Source of the DNA: a virus | Taxonomy: Duplodnaviria; Caudoviricetes | Reading direction: 5' to 3' (one strand) | Length of the DNA: 58,571 nt | IMG/VR virus record: IMGVR_UViG_3300036886_000519 | Location: 1 to 58,571 of that record | Part shown: one piece after another, positions 9,798-19,077 of the stretch | Numbering within the stretch: the stretch's first letter is position 1 | How the letters are laid out: each line of letters opens with the position of its first letter | The notes under the pieces: generated by a model | The model's database searches: none | Seen by the model: the letters and a program-made list of their open reading frames with translations, nothing else | Told to the model about the DNA's origin: nothing | Translations under genes and position numbers: made by a program

Positions 9798-11186
9798 TCA
9801 GAAGGTAACCGCCGGCGCCAGCGGGAAGGCCCCCGCCCAAGGCGACACGCTCATACCCCGCGTGATCAGCATCTGGACCGTGCATTTGTTTGGGTTGGTG
9901 TCCAGCGGCCCGAACAGCACGTTCGAAGGAAACGTGATCGTTCGTCCGCCCGTCGCGTCCTGGCAGATTTCCAGCACGGTGGTGTAGCCCGGCTGCGTAG
10001 TGGAGAAGTCGAACACGGGGCTGGTGACACTCGTCGTCAGTTTGAACTTGCGGTAGCCGTTCCCGCCTCCGTTGAAGAGCGCGCCGAAGTTGTAGCTTGC
10101 TGAATTGATGACGGTCGGGTTGAAGTCCATCGCTGTGCGGTAGCCCGGCGCGGACATGTAGGAGTTCAGATTCAGGCTGTTCGGTGTGATGTTGAACCCG
10201 AACAAGCTCCATGGGCCGCCGGACGTCGAGCCGCCAATCGAGCTGCCGGATGGCGTACCATTCGGGTTCAGAAAGCGCACTCGGAAGTCCTCGTAGGCGT
10301 CCATCTGTTCCGGCTTGATATCGAGGACCATGTAGGGCGGCCCTGCGGGGACGCTCTCTCCGAATCGAACGTAAGCTCCGTTTCTTCCGTTGATCTGGAG
10401 GATCTTGTTCAACGAATCCCAGGTCGCGTCCATCGAACCTAGACTCCCGGTGGTGAGCCAGAACGGCAGTGCGTTCTGCGCCCCGCTCCCGCCCGGTTTG
10501 GCATCGATCTGGCCTTGTACCCCGCTCGTGACACCGTCCAGGTAGCCGAACTCCGCATTGCTGACCGAGCCGGTACCGATCTTCGCTGCATCCACGCCCG
10601 ATGCGATCTGTGAGTCCGCCACCGTGCCAGAGACTTGCCCGAAGCTGTAGTCGCCGGTTTGCGCGCTTACATCGCCTGTCCGCCCGAACACGCTACTCAC
10701 GCCTGCGTCGATGGCGCCCGGTTGCCACCGCCGGTTCGACTGGCTCCAAAGGAGCGACTGCCCGTCTGACGCCCCGCCGCCGAGGATCTGCGAAGGCTGG
10801 ATCATCACGGTGGGCACGGGCGCGTTCAGGACGCGCACCTGGTTCACGCGCAGCGGCGTCGCACTCGCACTGGTAAGCACGACCCAGCGCTCCGACCACG
10901 CCAGCCCGCTCCTCGGGCGGTAGATCACAACGTAGCTCGTCCCCGCGGGAGTGGCCGTGTCGTTGGGTTCGAGATCGACGGAGATGATGCCGTTCGTTAT
11001 CGTATAGGACTGTTCCCACCGGGTGATGGTGCGCGCATCCAGTGTCGTCATATCCGGAGCGCTCACCGTGATGCGGCCGGAGAACAGCGTGCCGCCGAAG
11101 CCGGTGTAGCCGGTATCCCGGATCTGGGTCGGCGTGGCTTTGGCGACCGTAGCCAAGAACAGCAAGAGAAGAAGAGCACGTTTCAT
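9798..11186 (-). CDS. Tail-fibre-like protein with apparent Sec signal peptide
   Basis: MKRALLLLLFLATVAKA N-terminus; fibre repeats SVFGRTGDV..GDY and EFGYLDGVTSGVQGQID; C-terminal QDATGGRTITFP domain. Confidence 0.65.
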   Translation of the reverse strand: MKRALLLLLFLATVAKATPTQIRDTGYTGFGGTLFSGRITVSAPDMTTLDARTITRWEQSYTITNGIISVDLEPNDTATPAGTSYVVIYRPRSGLAWSERWVVLTSASATPLRVNQVRVLNAPVPTVMIQPSQILGGGASDGQSLLWSQSNRRWQPGAIDAGVSSVFGRTGDVSAQTGDYSFGQVSGTVADSQIASGVDAAKIGTGSVSNAEFGYLDGVTSGVQGQIDAKPGGSGAQNALPFWLTTGSLGSMDATWDSLNKILQINGRNGAYVRFGESVPAGPPYMVLDIKPEQMDAYEDFRVRFLNPNGTPSGSSIGGSTSGGPWSLFGFNITPNSLNLNSYMSAPGYRTAMDFNPTVINSASYNFGALFNGGGNGYRKFKLTTSVTSPVFDFSTTQPGYTTVLEICQDATGGRTITFPSNVLFGPLDTNPNKCTVQMLITRGMSVSPWAGAFPLAPAVTF

Positions 11187-11201
11187 GACGGTTCCTTTGC
11201 G

Positions 11202-11603
11202 TTATGCAAGTTCGAGCAGTTCGATCTGAACGTCCGACCTTCCAGGTCCGCAGGACTGCTGCCAGTCGCCATTGAACCGGACGGTGTACCGGCCAACGGT
11301 TGCGACGCCAGTTGGATCGTAGGAGAACTGGGGGCTGGTGTCGTAGGGGTCGTAAAAGTAGAACGGTTCGGTCGCGCCATTCCGCGCTTCGAAGAAGTTC
11401 CGAAGCGTCAGAAGCGCGGTGGGCGTGAGGCGCTTCGCCTGCCGCCACCGCCGCCTGCTATTGGTCGCCAGCACCGACCGTTGGGACTCTCCGTTCTTGT
11501 ACTCGTTCTCGATCAGCGGGTACGCCCGCTCATGGATGAACGACTTGCACAGCGACAGCGGGAGCACGGTCACCGGCGCCGCGTTCTGGACGCTTCCGGG
11601 CAT
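11202..11603 (-). CDS. Distal tail protein (DUF2460-like)
   Basis: NGESQR..RRRW, FFEARNGATEPFYFYDPYD, VRF, IELLEL pattern; follows tape measure. Confidence 0.75.
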   Translation of the reverse strand: MPGSVQNAAPVTVLPLSLCKSFIHERAYPLIENEYKNGESQRSVLATNSRRRWRQAKRLTPTALLTLRNFFEARNGATEPFYFYDPYDTSPQFSYDPTGVATVGRYTVRFNGDWQQSCGPGRSDVQIELLELA

Positions 11604-12073
11604 CAGCCAGTCACAATATCCGCGAGTCGTTGGTCTGGACGCACACCCAGCCGGTCGGCCACGAAGTGGGCGTAGCCTGCCGGGTCATTCCTATCGGACG
11701 CGGGTGCGTAGACACGAAACATCTCCTCCACGGTCGGAGGCTTCCCGCCCGTGTAATGACCATCGATGTACTGGCCGACGAGCACCCGCAGGATACGCCA
11801 CCCCTCATCGAGGGCGCGGCGGCTCAGCTCCTCGCGTGCCGCGCCGGGGAAACGGTGCGAGGCCCAAGCCACGAAGTCCACATAGCCGCCGCCCGTGGGG
11901 TAGGGTTGGCCCTTTGCGTCCCGCCAGATGCGGATATTGCCGGGGTTCGCGTTGCTCTGGGCACAGGTCGGATAGCGGATTTTGCGTGCCTTTGCCTGGG
12001 CTTCCGTTACGAAGAATCCCTCGTTCTCTGCGATTGCCCGCGCGAGTTTGTCGGTCAGTTCCTGGCGCGTCAT
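11603..12073 (-). CDS. Lysozyme-like virion/lysis protein
   Basis: AIAENEGF, ANPGNIR and YAPASDRNDPAGY motifs typical of phage lysozyme-fold proteins. Confidence 0.6.
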   Translation of the reverse strand: MTRQELTDKLARAIAENEGFFVTEAQAKARKIRYPTCAQSNANPGNIRIWRDAKGQPYPTGGGYVDFVAWASHRFPGAAREELSRRALDEGWRILRVLVGQYIDGHYTGGKPPTVEEMFRVYAPASDRNDPAGYAHFVADRLGVRPDQRLADIVTG

Positions 12074-12122
12074 GACAAGATCTGCCCTGCCAGATGTGGG
12101 TGCATTCGCTTCCTCCATTCGC

Positions 12123-15100
12123 CTAGCTGACAATCGTTCCGGGGCTCAACTGAAGGCTGGTGAGCTCGCGCCGGTTCGCGTTCGATTTCGTCGCGGCCAT
12201 CGATGCGCTCTGCACCAAGCGCGGGTTGTTGGTAATGGCCTGCACCGCTTGACCCTGCAGCAACGCGGTCGTGGCGGGCCCGTCGAGTTGAATCACCAGC
12301 CCGCCACCGGACGGAGTGCCGGCGCCAATCCGGTCGAGACCGGGCAAGCCTCCCAGCGCCGGGAGCGGGGTGCCGTTGTTGTACTGCGGCGATTGGAACA
12401 GCGACCCGGCGGTCTCCACCAGCGACAGGGGCGTCACTGTACCGGGCATGCCGGTCGTCTTCTGACCGGTGGTCATGGCGTACAACTGGATCAGGTCGCG
12501 GATCTGGGGCGAGCGGATCGCCATGTCGATGTTGCCACCGAACTCGGATTTGGTCATATCCACGATCTGCTTCAACACGCCCTTGTCCGCGATATCGACC
12601 CCGTAGAGCGCCTTGATCTTCTCCTTCGCCTTATCCGCAGCGCCCTTCACGAACAACCGCACGATGCCCGCGACTGCTCCGGCGATGCCACCGATGGCCG
12701 CGCCGAGGGGACCGCCGAACTTGTAACCGATCAGCGCCCCGCCCGCTGTGGTCTCCGCGACGCCGATCTTGCCACCGCGCCGAAGACCGTCCATCGCCAG
12801 AAGAGCGCCACCCATGAGCGCGGCATCCGATTTGCCGAGAGCCTGGAGCTTGTCGCCAAACGATCCGTACTGGCTGATCCAGCCGCCAGTGGCCATACGC
12901 CCGCCGCCCATGTTGACCCAGTCGTTCTCGCCAAATCCGAGGAACGATTTGAGGCCCGGCAACATGCCCGCCAGCCCAGCCTTCGAGAACATCCCTCCGG
13001 CTGCTGGCGCGGCACCCATGCCGGCACCGCCTGCTGGCGAGGACGGCACGAACGGCGGCGTCCCGCCCACTGTCGTGCCTGAAAAGAGGACGGTACCTCC
13101 CGATCCGAAGATTGGAGGCAGGATGGACCCAAGCCCACCGCCGCCACTGCTGCCGGGAACGAACGGAGGGGTACCGCCAGGCGCGCCGCCCGCGAACACC
13201 GGGACCGCACCGATCCCGAGGATGCCGCCCAGCCCGCCGAGCAGGCCGCCCCCACCCTTGCCGCCACCGATACCGCCCTGCTGCATCTGGACGTTCGCGC
13301 CGGGGACGAACAGGTTCATCAGCATCGCAGCTACGCGTGAGGTCACGACGTCCTTGATGGCGGTGAGCAGCGCGGTCTTGAGGGAGTTTCCGATGGCGGA
13401 CCACACCGACTGCGACTTGGTCAAGAGCGCGTCGAAGACGCCGCCAGCCTGCTGCTTGAGCGATTGGAAGATGCTTTGGTACTGGTCCGTCACGAGTTTG
13501 CGCGTGGACGTCGCGCCCTTGATCTGAGCAACGTCGATCTCCGTGCTGGTGGCCTTCTGGAGCGCGTCCTTCTCGTGCTGGCCCAATTCGCGGATCTTGT
13601 TACCGATCTGGTCGAGATACGGTTCGTAGAAAATGCCCTGCGCCATCGCCGCCTTCTTCGCCTCGTCCACCTGGCGTTCCGTGCGGGCGTCGATCTCCTC
13701 CAGTTCGATTCTGGTCCGGTTCTTCATGGCCTGGACCTCGATGGCGGTCTTGGCGTTCTCCAGTGCGACCTTGTCCTGAAGCGTGCGCGCGTCCACCGAC
13801 TCCAGTTGGGCCAGTTGCAGATTCTTCCGCTGATCCACCGCCGCAATAGCCGCCGAACGGCCCTGGTCGTCGATAGTGTCCTGCCATTGGGACTCCTGCT
13901 CCCACACGTAGAGGCTCTGCTTCATCGGTTCGAGCACGAATTGCTCGACCAGCTTCTGCTGCCGCACGGCCATCGCCTTCCACATCGCTTCGATGCGGCG
14001 CGACTCCTCCTCGTTGAACTTCATGTCGAACGCCGCGAGCCTTTCCGCGGTTGCCTTGTGGATTGTTTCGAGAGTGGAGGCGTTGAGCTTGAAGTGCAAA
14101 ACGGCGCCGCTCTTTTCATCGGTGTACGTGGACCGCTGCGCGATCTCGCGATTCTCCTCCTCCTTGATCCTTTCGATTCCAGCTGCGCGCTCCTCGATCG
14201 AGCGCAGCACGACATTCAGCGATTCCCTCGCGGCTTGGGTTTCGGAGTGCGTGGACTCGATGATCTTCATGGAGTCCTCGATGCGGGCACGCGCCTGGTC
14301 ATGCTCCGCGCTCTTGCGCTCCTCGACGGCGCGCATGTAGACTTCCTGGGCCGACTTCTCGGCTTCGCCCCGCTTCTTTCGCTCCGTCGCGATCCGGTTA
14401 ACTTCGTCGTCCGAGAGTTCGCCCTTGCCCAGGATCTTGATTTTCGGAAGGCCCACGCCGCTGAAGTCGCCCCACGACTCGCCCGCCAGCAGCTTTTTCC
14501 CGGAGATGATCTCGCGAACCTGGCCGTCCGTGTAGCCCATCTTCTTTACGTCGTCGGACTTGAGCTTGCCCTTGAGAAGATCCTGCTGGAGTCCCTTGCG
14601 GCGCATGTCCTCGTACTGCTGGTCCAAGCCAGCCTTGGTATCCTGCCAGGTCTTCCAGATGATCGCGCCGCCCGCCACGACACCGGTCAGTAGCAGCGCG
14701 ATGGGATTCGCGGTAAGCGCAAGGGCAAGCCCCTCGACGGCACTTGCAATTCCCGCAATCTTCGTGATGATGCCGTACGTGACAATTGCGCCGGCCACGA
14801 AGATCGCCGCTTCCCCGAACTTCACCAGCCAGTCGGAGTTGTCTTTCAGGAAGCCCACGAGATCACGCAGATTGACGATCCACGACCTCAGATACCCCTG
14901 GAACTCCGCTCCAATCGCCTCCTTCAGCTCGATCACTTCCCGGGCGAGAATCTTGCTCTGCCCCTCTGCGGTTCCGGCCGCAGCGCCAGCCGCGCCTTGA
15001 ATCTTCGCCCCCTCGCGCATGACCGCGTTGTACCGGAGTTGCCTGACCTCGTTTTCGTCGAGCGTCTTGCCGGTGAGCTTCTCCTGCCGGTCCACATCCT

Positions 15101-15674
15101 TATTCAGATCGACGAAGATCCCCATGCTCCGGAGCCCGCGCGAGGTGCCAGACTCGATTGCCAGGAGCAGCTTCTCCATAGCCTCGCCCGGCGAGATATT
15201 CTCGATGGCGGCGGCATCCTTGGCCATCTTCGCCAGACCAACACCCTTCGCCAGATCCATGTCAGAGACGATCAAGCGGCTGATAGTGTGGGATGCTTCC
15301 TCCCCGTAGAAGCCGATCTTGCGCACGGCTTCCGCCTGCGCCATAGCAGCACTCTCGGAGACCCCGTGCGCCTTGGCCAGCGCCTTCATGGAGGCTTCGA
15401 GGCGCGCCTCGTGCGCCGCCATCTGAACGGCGCCGAGCGTCCAGTCCTTGGCCCACTCAATGCCTTTCTTGATGGCGTCGGCGAGGAGGTTGCCCGCCGT
15501 CGCGCCCTTCACCATGCTGGCCGTCATACCGTCGATGCCGGCAGACGCGCCCCGCGCAGCCTTCGATGCCGCCTGCTCCATGCTAGAGAGGCCGGTATTG
15601 ACGCTCTTGATCGAGGCGTTCGCTCTGTTGACGTCCACCTCGACGACGAGTTCGAGCTTATTGTTGTCGGCCAT
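12123..15674 (-). CDS. Tail tape measure protein
   Basis: 1183 aa Ala/Gly-rich helical protein after the chaperone pair; hydrophobic Gly-rich segments. Confidence 0.9.
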   Translation of the reverse strand: MADNNKLELVVEVDVNRANASIKSVNTGLSSMEQAASKAARGASAGIDGMTASMVKGATAGNLLADAIKKGIEWAKDWTLGAVQMAAHEARLEASMKALAKAHGVSESAAMAQAEAVRKIGFYGEEASHTISRLIVSDMDLAKGVGLAKMAKDAAAIENISPGEAMEKLLLAIESGTSRGLRSMGIFVDLNKDVDRQEKLTGKTLDENEVRQLRYNAVMREGAKIQGAAGAAAGTAEGQSKILAREVIELKEAIGAEFQGYLRSWIVNLRDLVGFLKDNSDWLVKFGEAAIFVAGAIVTYGIITKIAGIASAVEGLALALTANPIALLLTGVVAGGAIIWKTWQDTKAGLDQQYEDMRRKGLQQDLLKGKLKSDDVKKMGYTDGQVREIISGKKLLAGESWGDFSGVGLPKIKILGKGELSDDEVNRIATERKKRGEAEKSAQEVYMRAVEERKSAEHDQARARIEDSMKIIESTHSETQAARESLNVVLRSIEERAAGIERIKEEENREIAQRSTYTDEKSGAVLHFKLNASTLETIHKATAERLAAFDMKFNEEESRRIEAMWKAMAVRQQKLVEQFVLEPMKQSLYVWEQESQWQDTIDDQGRSAAIAAVDQRKNLQLAQLESVDARTLQDKVALENAKTAIEVQAMKNRTRIELEEIDARTERQVDEAKKAAMAQGIFYEPYLDQIGNKIRELGQHEKDALQKATSTEIDVAQIKGATSTRKLVTDQYQSIFQSLKQQAGGVFDALLTKSQSVWSAIGNSLKTALLTAIKDVVTSRVAAMLMNLFVPGANVQMQQGGIGGGKGGGGLLGGLGGILGIGAVPVFAGGAPGGTPPFVPGSSGGGGLGSILPPIFGSGGTVLFSGTTVGGTPPFVPSSPAGGAGMGAAPAAGGMFSKAGLAGMLPGLKSFLGFGENDWVNMGGGRMATGGWISQYGSFGDKLQALGKSDAALMGGALLAMDGLRRGGKIGVAETTAGGALIGYKFGGPLGAAIGGIAGAVAGIVRLFVKGAADKAKEKIKALYGVDIADKGVLKQIVDMTKSEFGGNIDMAIRSPQIRDLIQLYAMTTGQKTTGMPGTVTPLSLVETAGSLFQSPQYNNGTPLPALGGLPGLDRIGAGTPSGGGLVIQLDGPATTALLQGQAVQAITNNPRLVQSASMAATKSNANRRELTSLQLSPGTIVS

Positions 15675-15998
15675 GGTGTCCGGGCAGCTTCTCGCGTTCC
15701 AGTAGATCCCGCTCTTCCGCGATGATCAGCATTGCGCAAAACTCGTCCGCGCGAATCTCGTCGAGTCCGATTTGGACGGACAACTTGAGCGCGCCCATCA
15801 GATCGAGGGCGCGCCGGATGAGCAGTCCCTTCTCCGCGCATTGGGCGGCGTCCAGCCGATCCAGCGGGCAATGCTCGCACCGCTGGCCGTCCTCCTCCGG
15901 CGCATCGGGGCACAGGCCGGGATCGCATAGTTCTTCCCGGCGCAGCGCCCAATGCACCAGGAACCGGAACGACGGATCATCCGGCCACTCCCCCGCTA
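15658..15998 (-). CDS. Tail assembly chaperone extension (gpT-like, reached by -1 frameshift)
   Basis: -1 frame is open from the AGT TTT TAG end of the upstream gene (LAGEWPDDPSFRFLVHW...) to 15658; no clear own RBS. Confidence 0.7.
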
Positions 15999-16607
15999 AA
16001 AACTTGCGTCGCGGTCCTCCGCGAATGCGGTGTCCATCGCGTCGATGGCAGCCTTCACCGCGACAGCCTGGTGGATGATGGGCACGTCGCCCGCATACCC
16101 CTCGGTGGCGGTAACGAGCTTCTTGTAGAGCGCCGCAGCGGACGCGATGTTGATGGTCACCTCCTGCCGGCCAAAGGGCAGGTCCAGCAGCCGCGCGAAG
16201 CCGCGCCGGTACTCGAATACATCCTTGGCCGAGGGCATCTTCAGCAGGTGGACGGTGGTGGCGCCCAGCACGCGGAGAGTGACCGTGAAGGAGTCACCAT
16301 CTGGAAGGACATCGTCCACTTCCGCCAGGCTCAACTGCTCGACGACCTTCATGGCCTCGAAGGCATCGACCTCCGGGTCTTCACCTGCGCGGATCTTCCC
16401 CACTAGCGCGGCGTCCACATCTTCGCCGTTGGCGACGGTGGTCTCGGAGATGCCGCGCCCCAACTGCTTCACCAGCACCTTGCGGCGGCGCTGGCGGGTG
16501 ATCCATTCGTCGTCGGACGGAAAGCGGACTCGAACAGTCTTCACGCCGCCCGGCGTCCTAAGATTGATGGCAATCGGTCTGCTTGCGTCAAATACTGGGG
16601 TTTCCAT
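15996..16607 (-). CDS. Tail assembly chaperone (gpG-like)
   Basis: Between tail tube and tape measure; GGAGAGGA RBS before ATG 16607. Confidence 0.7.
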   Translation of the reverse strand: METPVFDASRPIAINLRTPGGVKTVRVRFPSDDEWITRQRRRKVLVKQLGRGISETTVANGEDVDAALVGKIRAGEDPEVDAFEAMKVVEQLSLAEVDDVLPDGDSFTVTLRVLGATTVHLLKMPSAKDVFEYRRGFARLLDLPFGRQEVTINIASAAALYKKLVTATEGYAGDVPIIHQAVAVKAAIDAMDTAFAEDRDASF

Positions 16608-16621
16608 TGTTGAATCCTCTC

Positions 16622-17662
16622 CTATTGGCAGATGGCGTCCACGCCGCACTTCGCTACCGCGGTGATGATGCCGTTGGTCGCGTCGTAGATCGGAGTCGCC
16701 TCCACGGCGACCGTAACGATCTGGTCCGTCTCGCCCACTTCTGCCGTGGCGAACGCTACCTTCTGCCAGGTGATGTCGAGCGAATTGTTGGCGTCGAACT
16801 GGAGGTGGATCACCGCGGTGCCGGTGGTCTGCGCCTTGAGCAGCGTCAATTCCGTCGAGTTGTGATCGAAACGAGCCACGAACTTGAGAGCGCCCGTCCG
16901 GTTACCGAACTCCAGCCTGCCGCGAATGGCGCCGGTGGTCGCGTCGCCCGACGTCTGGAAGCCGGAGCCAGGATAGAACCCCGCATCCATGCGGATGTTG
17001 TTCTTCCACGACGTTTCGAGCGAGACGATGTTCTTGCTCATCACGTAGTCGACGCCGTTGATCGTGAGCGTTAGGGACGCGGACGGCAGGAGCTTCTCCA
17101 CCGTCGCGGCCGGCATGGTGATAGCGGAAGGCTCCGTCAGTTTCCCGCAGCCCTGGAACTCAACGGTGATCTTGCTGTTCGCGCGGCCCGGGCCGGAGCC
17201 AATCGAAATCGTCCATCCCTCGACCGCGCAACCGGGCATCAGGCGGTCGATCACAGAGCCAGCACCCGGGCGGATCTGCTCCACGAAAGAGAAGGACGGC
17301 AATTCAGTCGCGTCGCCGTTCGACGGGATCAGCGGAGTGCAGGTGTATGTGAAGTTCGGCGTCGTGCCCGACTTCACTACCTTGCCCAAGCCGAAACACA
17401 TCGCCCACACCGCGATCTCCGCGCTCAGGTACTTTTCGAGCGTGCCGGCGATGTCCCAGGAGGTCTTGAACGTGGTCGTCGCGAACTCGTGGCCTTTGCC
17501 GTACTCCTCGGCGTCGTTCTCCGTGTTCAGTTTCGGGTTGGCGAGTTGGGCGTTGAGCTTCTTCAGGCGCCACATCGCCGCGACCAGATTGGCGGTCGCG
17601 ATATCGGTCTGCTTGCCGAAGCCGAAGCAGATCTGTACTTCTTGCAATCTAGTCGTCGACAT
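16622..17662 (-). CDS. Major tail (tube) protein
   Basis: 346 aa beta-rich T/G/S protein in canonical position upstream of chaperones. Confidence 0.75.
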   Translation of the reverse strand: MSTTRLQEVQICFGFGKQTDIATANLVAAMWRLKKLNAQLANPKLNTENDAEEYGKGHEFATTTFKTSWDIAGTLEKYLSAEIAVWAMCFGLGKVVKSGTTPNFTYTCTPLIPSNGDATELPSFSFVEQIRPGAGSVIDRLMPGCAVEGWTISIGSGPGRANSKITVEFQGCGKLTEPSAITMPAATVEKLLPSASLTLTINGVDYVMSKNIVSLETSWKNNIRMDAGFYPGSGFQTSGDATTGAIRGRLEFGNRTGALKFVARFDHNSTELTLLKAQTTGTAVIHLQFDANNSLDITWQKVAFATAEVGETDQIVTVAVEATPIYDATNGIITAVAKCGVDAICQ

Positions 17663-17810
17663 GCGTCGTTACCTCCTCGGTGTTGGCCGGCGGTTCGCAC
17701 TGGCTCCAGCCAGAGACCAAAAGCGGTGTCAGGACATCGGGCGTTGCTTCGAACTCTCTCGGCTCGCCCTGCCCGAATGGGGGTGCAAGCCACACGCGGT
17801 CTTCACTCAT
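17649..17810 (-). CDS. Small hypothetical protein
   Basis: 53 aa ORF overlapping both neighbours, GGAGG RBS. Confidence 0.55.
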   Translation of the reverse strand: MSEDRVWLAPPFGQGEPREFEATPDVLTPLLVSGWSQCEPPANTEEVTTHVDD

Positions 17811-18276
17811 CGCCAGCCTCCGTAAACGTGATGGGCACCTCGAAGTAGTCCAGACCTTCCGCGTCCGTCTGCCGCTGGATCTGCGGCAGGTCCATTGGGT
17901 AGCAAGAGGGGTGGACGGTAGCATTGAGCATCTCGATGCCGGCCGCAGTCGGGATGCCCTTGGTGATCAAACGGAACAGCCGATAATAGGCAGTGGGCGG
18001 ATCGCCTTCGAACGTCTCCTTCGCGCGCAGGAACAGCGTGACCTGATGCTTCCAGACATCGACGCCGCCGAACGAGCCGGGCTGCGTGCCCTGCCAGACC
18101 GCCATGATGGACGGTGAGGGCATTGCGTGGATCGCATGGACCAGGCTGACGTTCTTCGGGTACGAGTCGTGATACGGGTAGATCCGCATCGGATCGCCGC
18201 CCACTTCGGCGAGCAGATCCGGAATATCGCGAAGCATCGCGACGAGGTTCGTGACGATTTCAGACGAGTCGATCAT
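17803..18276 (-). CDS. Putative tail terminator protein
   Basis: 157 aa, position just upstream of tail tube; ATGA coupling. Confidence 0.55.
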   Translation of the reverse strand: MIDSSEIVTNLVAMLRDIPDLLAEVGGDPMRIYPYHDSYPKNVSLVHAIHAMPSPSIMAVWQGTQPGSFGGVDVWKHQVTLFLRAKETFEGDPPTAYYRLFRLITKGIPTAAGIEMLNATVHPSCYPMDLPQIQRQTDAEGLDYFEVPITFTEAGDE

Positions 18277-18728
18277 AGTTGCTTACCGCCGAGGGCCTTC
18301 TCAACCAGCAGCCGCGCCTTCGACTCCCGCAGAACGCGATTCGCCGCCTCGAGCACGGCAACCCTGTTCTTCGGCGAGAACGAAATCCACGGCTCAATCT
18401 TGTTGGTGATCCACGCCTTGATCCGGTCCTTGCGGGTGGAGTTGCTGGCCTTCGCCTTGTTCTCGCTGACCGTCCGGACCAGAAAATTCCGGAGCATGTC
18501 GCCGGTGAGCATGAGGTTGCGCCGGTTTCCCTTCCCAAGCTTCGTTTTCCAGATCGCGTATCGCTTTGTGAGCGGCTTCGCGGACGAGTCAGTCGGACCC
18601 TGCGCGGCCGCCAGGCGGTTCTTGACCGCCGCCACGCCGACGTTCCCGATCTTGAACATTTGGGTCTGCCGGAAGTTCAACCGGTCCAGCCGGATTTGCT
18701 TCTTCTGATAGACACGAACAGACGGCAT
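18273..18728 (-). CDS. Putative neck / tail completion protein
   Basis: Basic protein, PLTKRYAIWK and LMLTGDMLRN motifs as in virion morphogenesis proteins. Confidence 0.6.
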   Translation of the reverse strand: MPSVRVYQKKQIRLDRLNFRQTQMFKIGNVGVAAVKNRLAAAQGPTDSSAKPLTKRYAIWKTKLGKGNRRNLMLTGDMLRNFLVRTVSENKAKASNSTRKDRIKAWITNKIEPWISFSPKNRVAVLEAANRVLRESKARLLVEKALGGKQL

Positions 18729-19030
18729 CAAACCCTCCGCAATGCGAGGTTGTATCCACCAGCCTGATCCACCAGCGTTTGCCACACGATGTAATCAACG
18801 CCCTGGATCGTGGCGCGATCTCCACGAACCGGGGGCGTAGCGAAATCGGAGATCGAAAGAGCGAGGTGCAGATACACGCGGTCCTGTTGCCGTTCTTCAT
18901 CGGTTGCCCGAGTCACCATTCCCGTCGCGGAAAACGAGTCACCCGACTCGGGTTGATACACCACGGGCTCACCAAACGTCTGCTGGCACGCAGCGTTCAG
19001 CAGGGCGCAGAGATTGCTCCAGGTGCTCAT
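18728..19030 (-). CDS. Head-tail joining protein (gpFII-like)
   Basis: TFGEPVVYQP and PVRGDRATIQGVDY motifs, 100 aa, post-capsid position. Confidence 0.75.
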   Translation of the reverse strand: MSTWSNLCALLNAACQQTFGEPVVYQPESGDSFSATGMVTRATDEERQQDRVYLHLALSISDFATPPVRGDRATIQGVDYIVWQTLVDQAGGYNLALRRV

Positions 19031-19043
19031 ATGGGGAAGACCT

Positions 19044-19066
19044 GGGGCGGTCCAAGCAACCGCCCC
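19044..19066 (-). terminator. GC-rich hairpin after capsid/cement genes
   Basis: GGGGCGGT-N7-ACCGCCCC; weak U-tract. Confidence 0.4.
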
Positions 19067-19077
19067 GAATGATCAGC

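Noticed and set aside
1633-11186. Diversity-generating retroelement or shufflon in tail fibres
   Set aside because: No RT, no TR/VR pair or inverted fibre cassettes seen by eye; a self dot-plot would be decisive
13048-13178. GGTPPFVP duplicated in tape measure
   Set aside because: Ordinary low-complexity repeat in a Gly-rich tape measure segment
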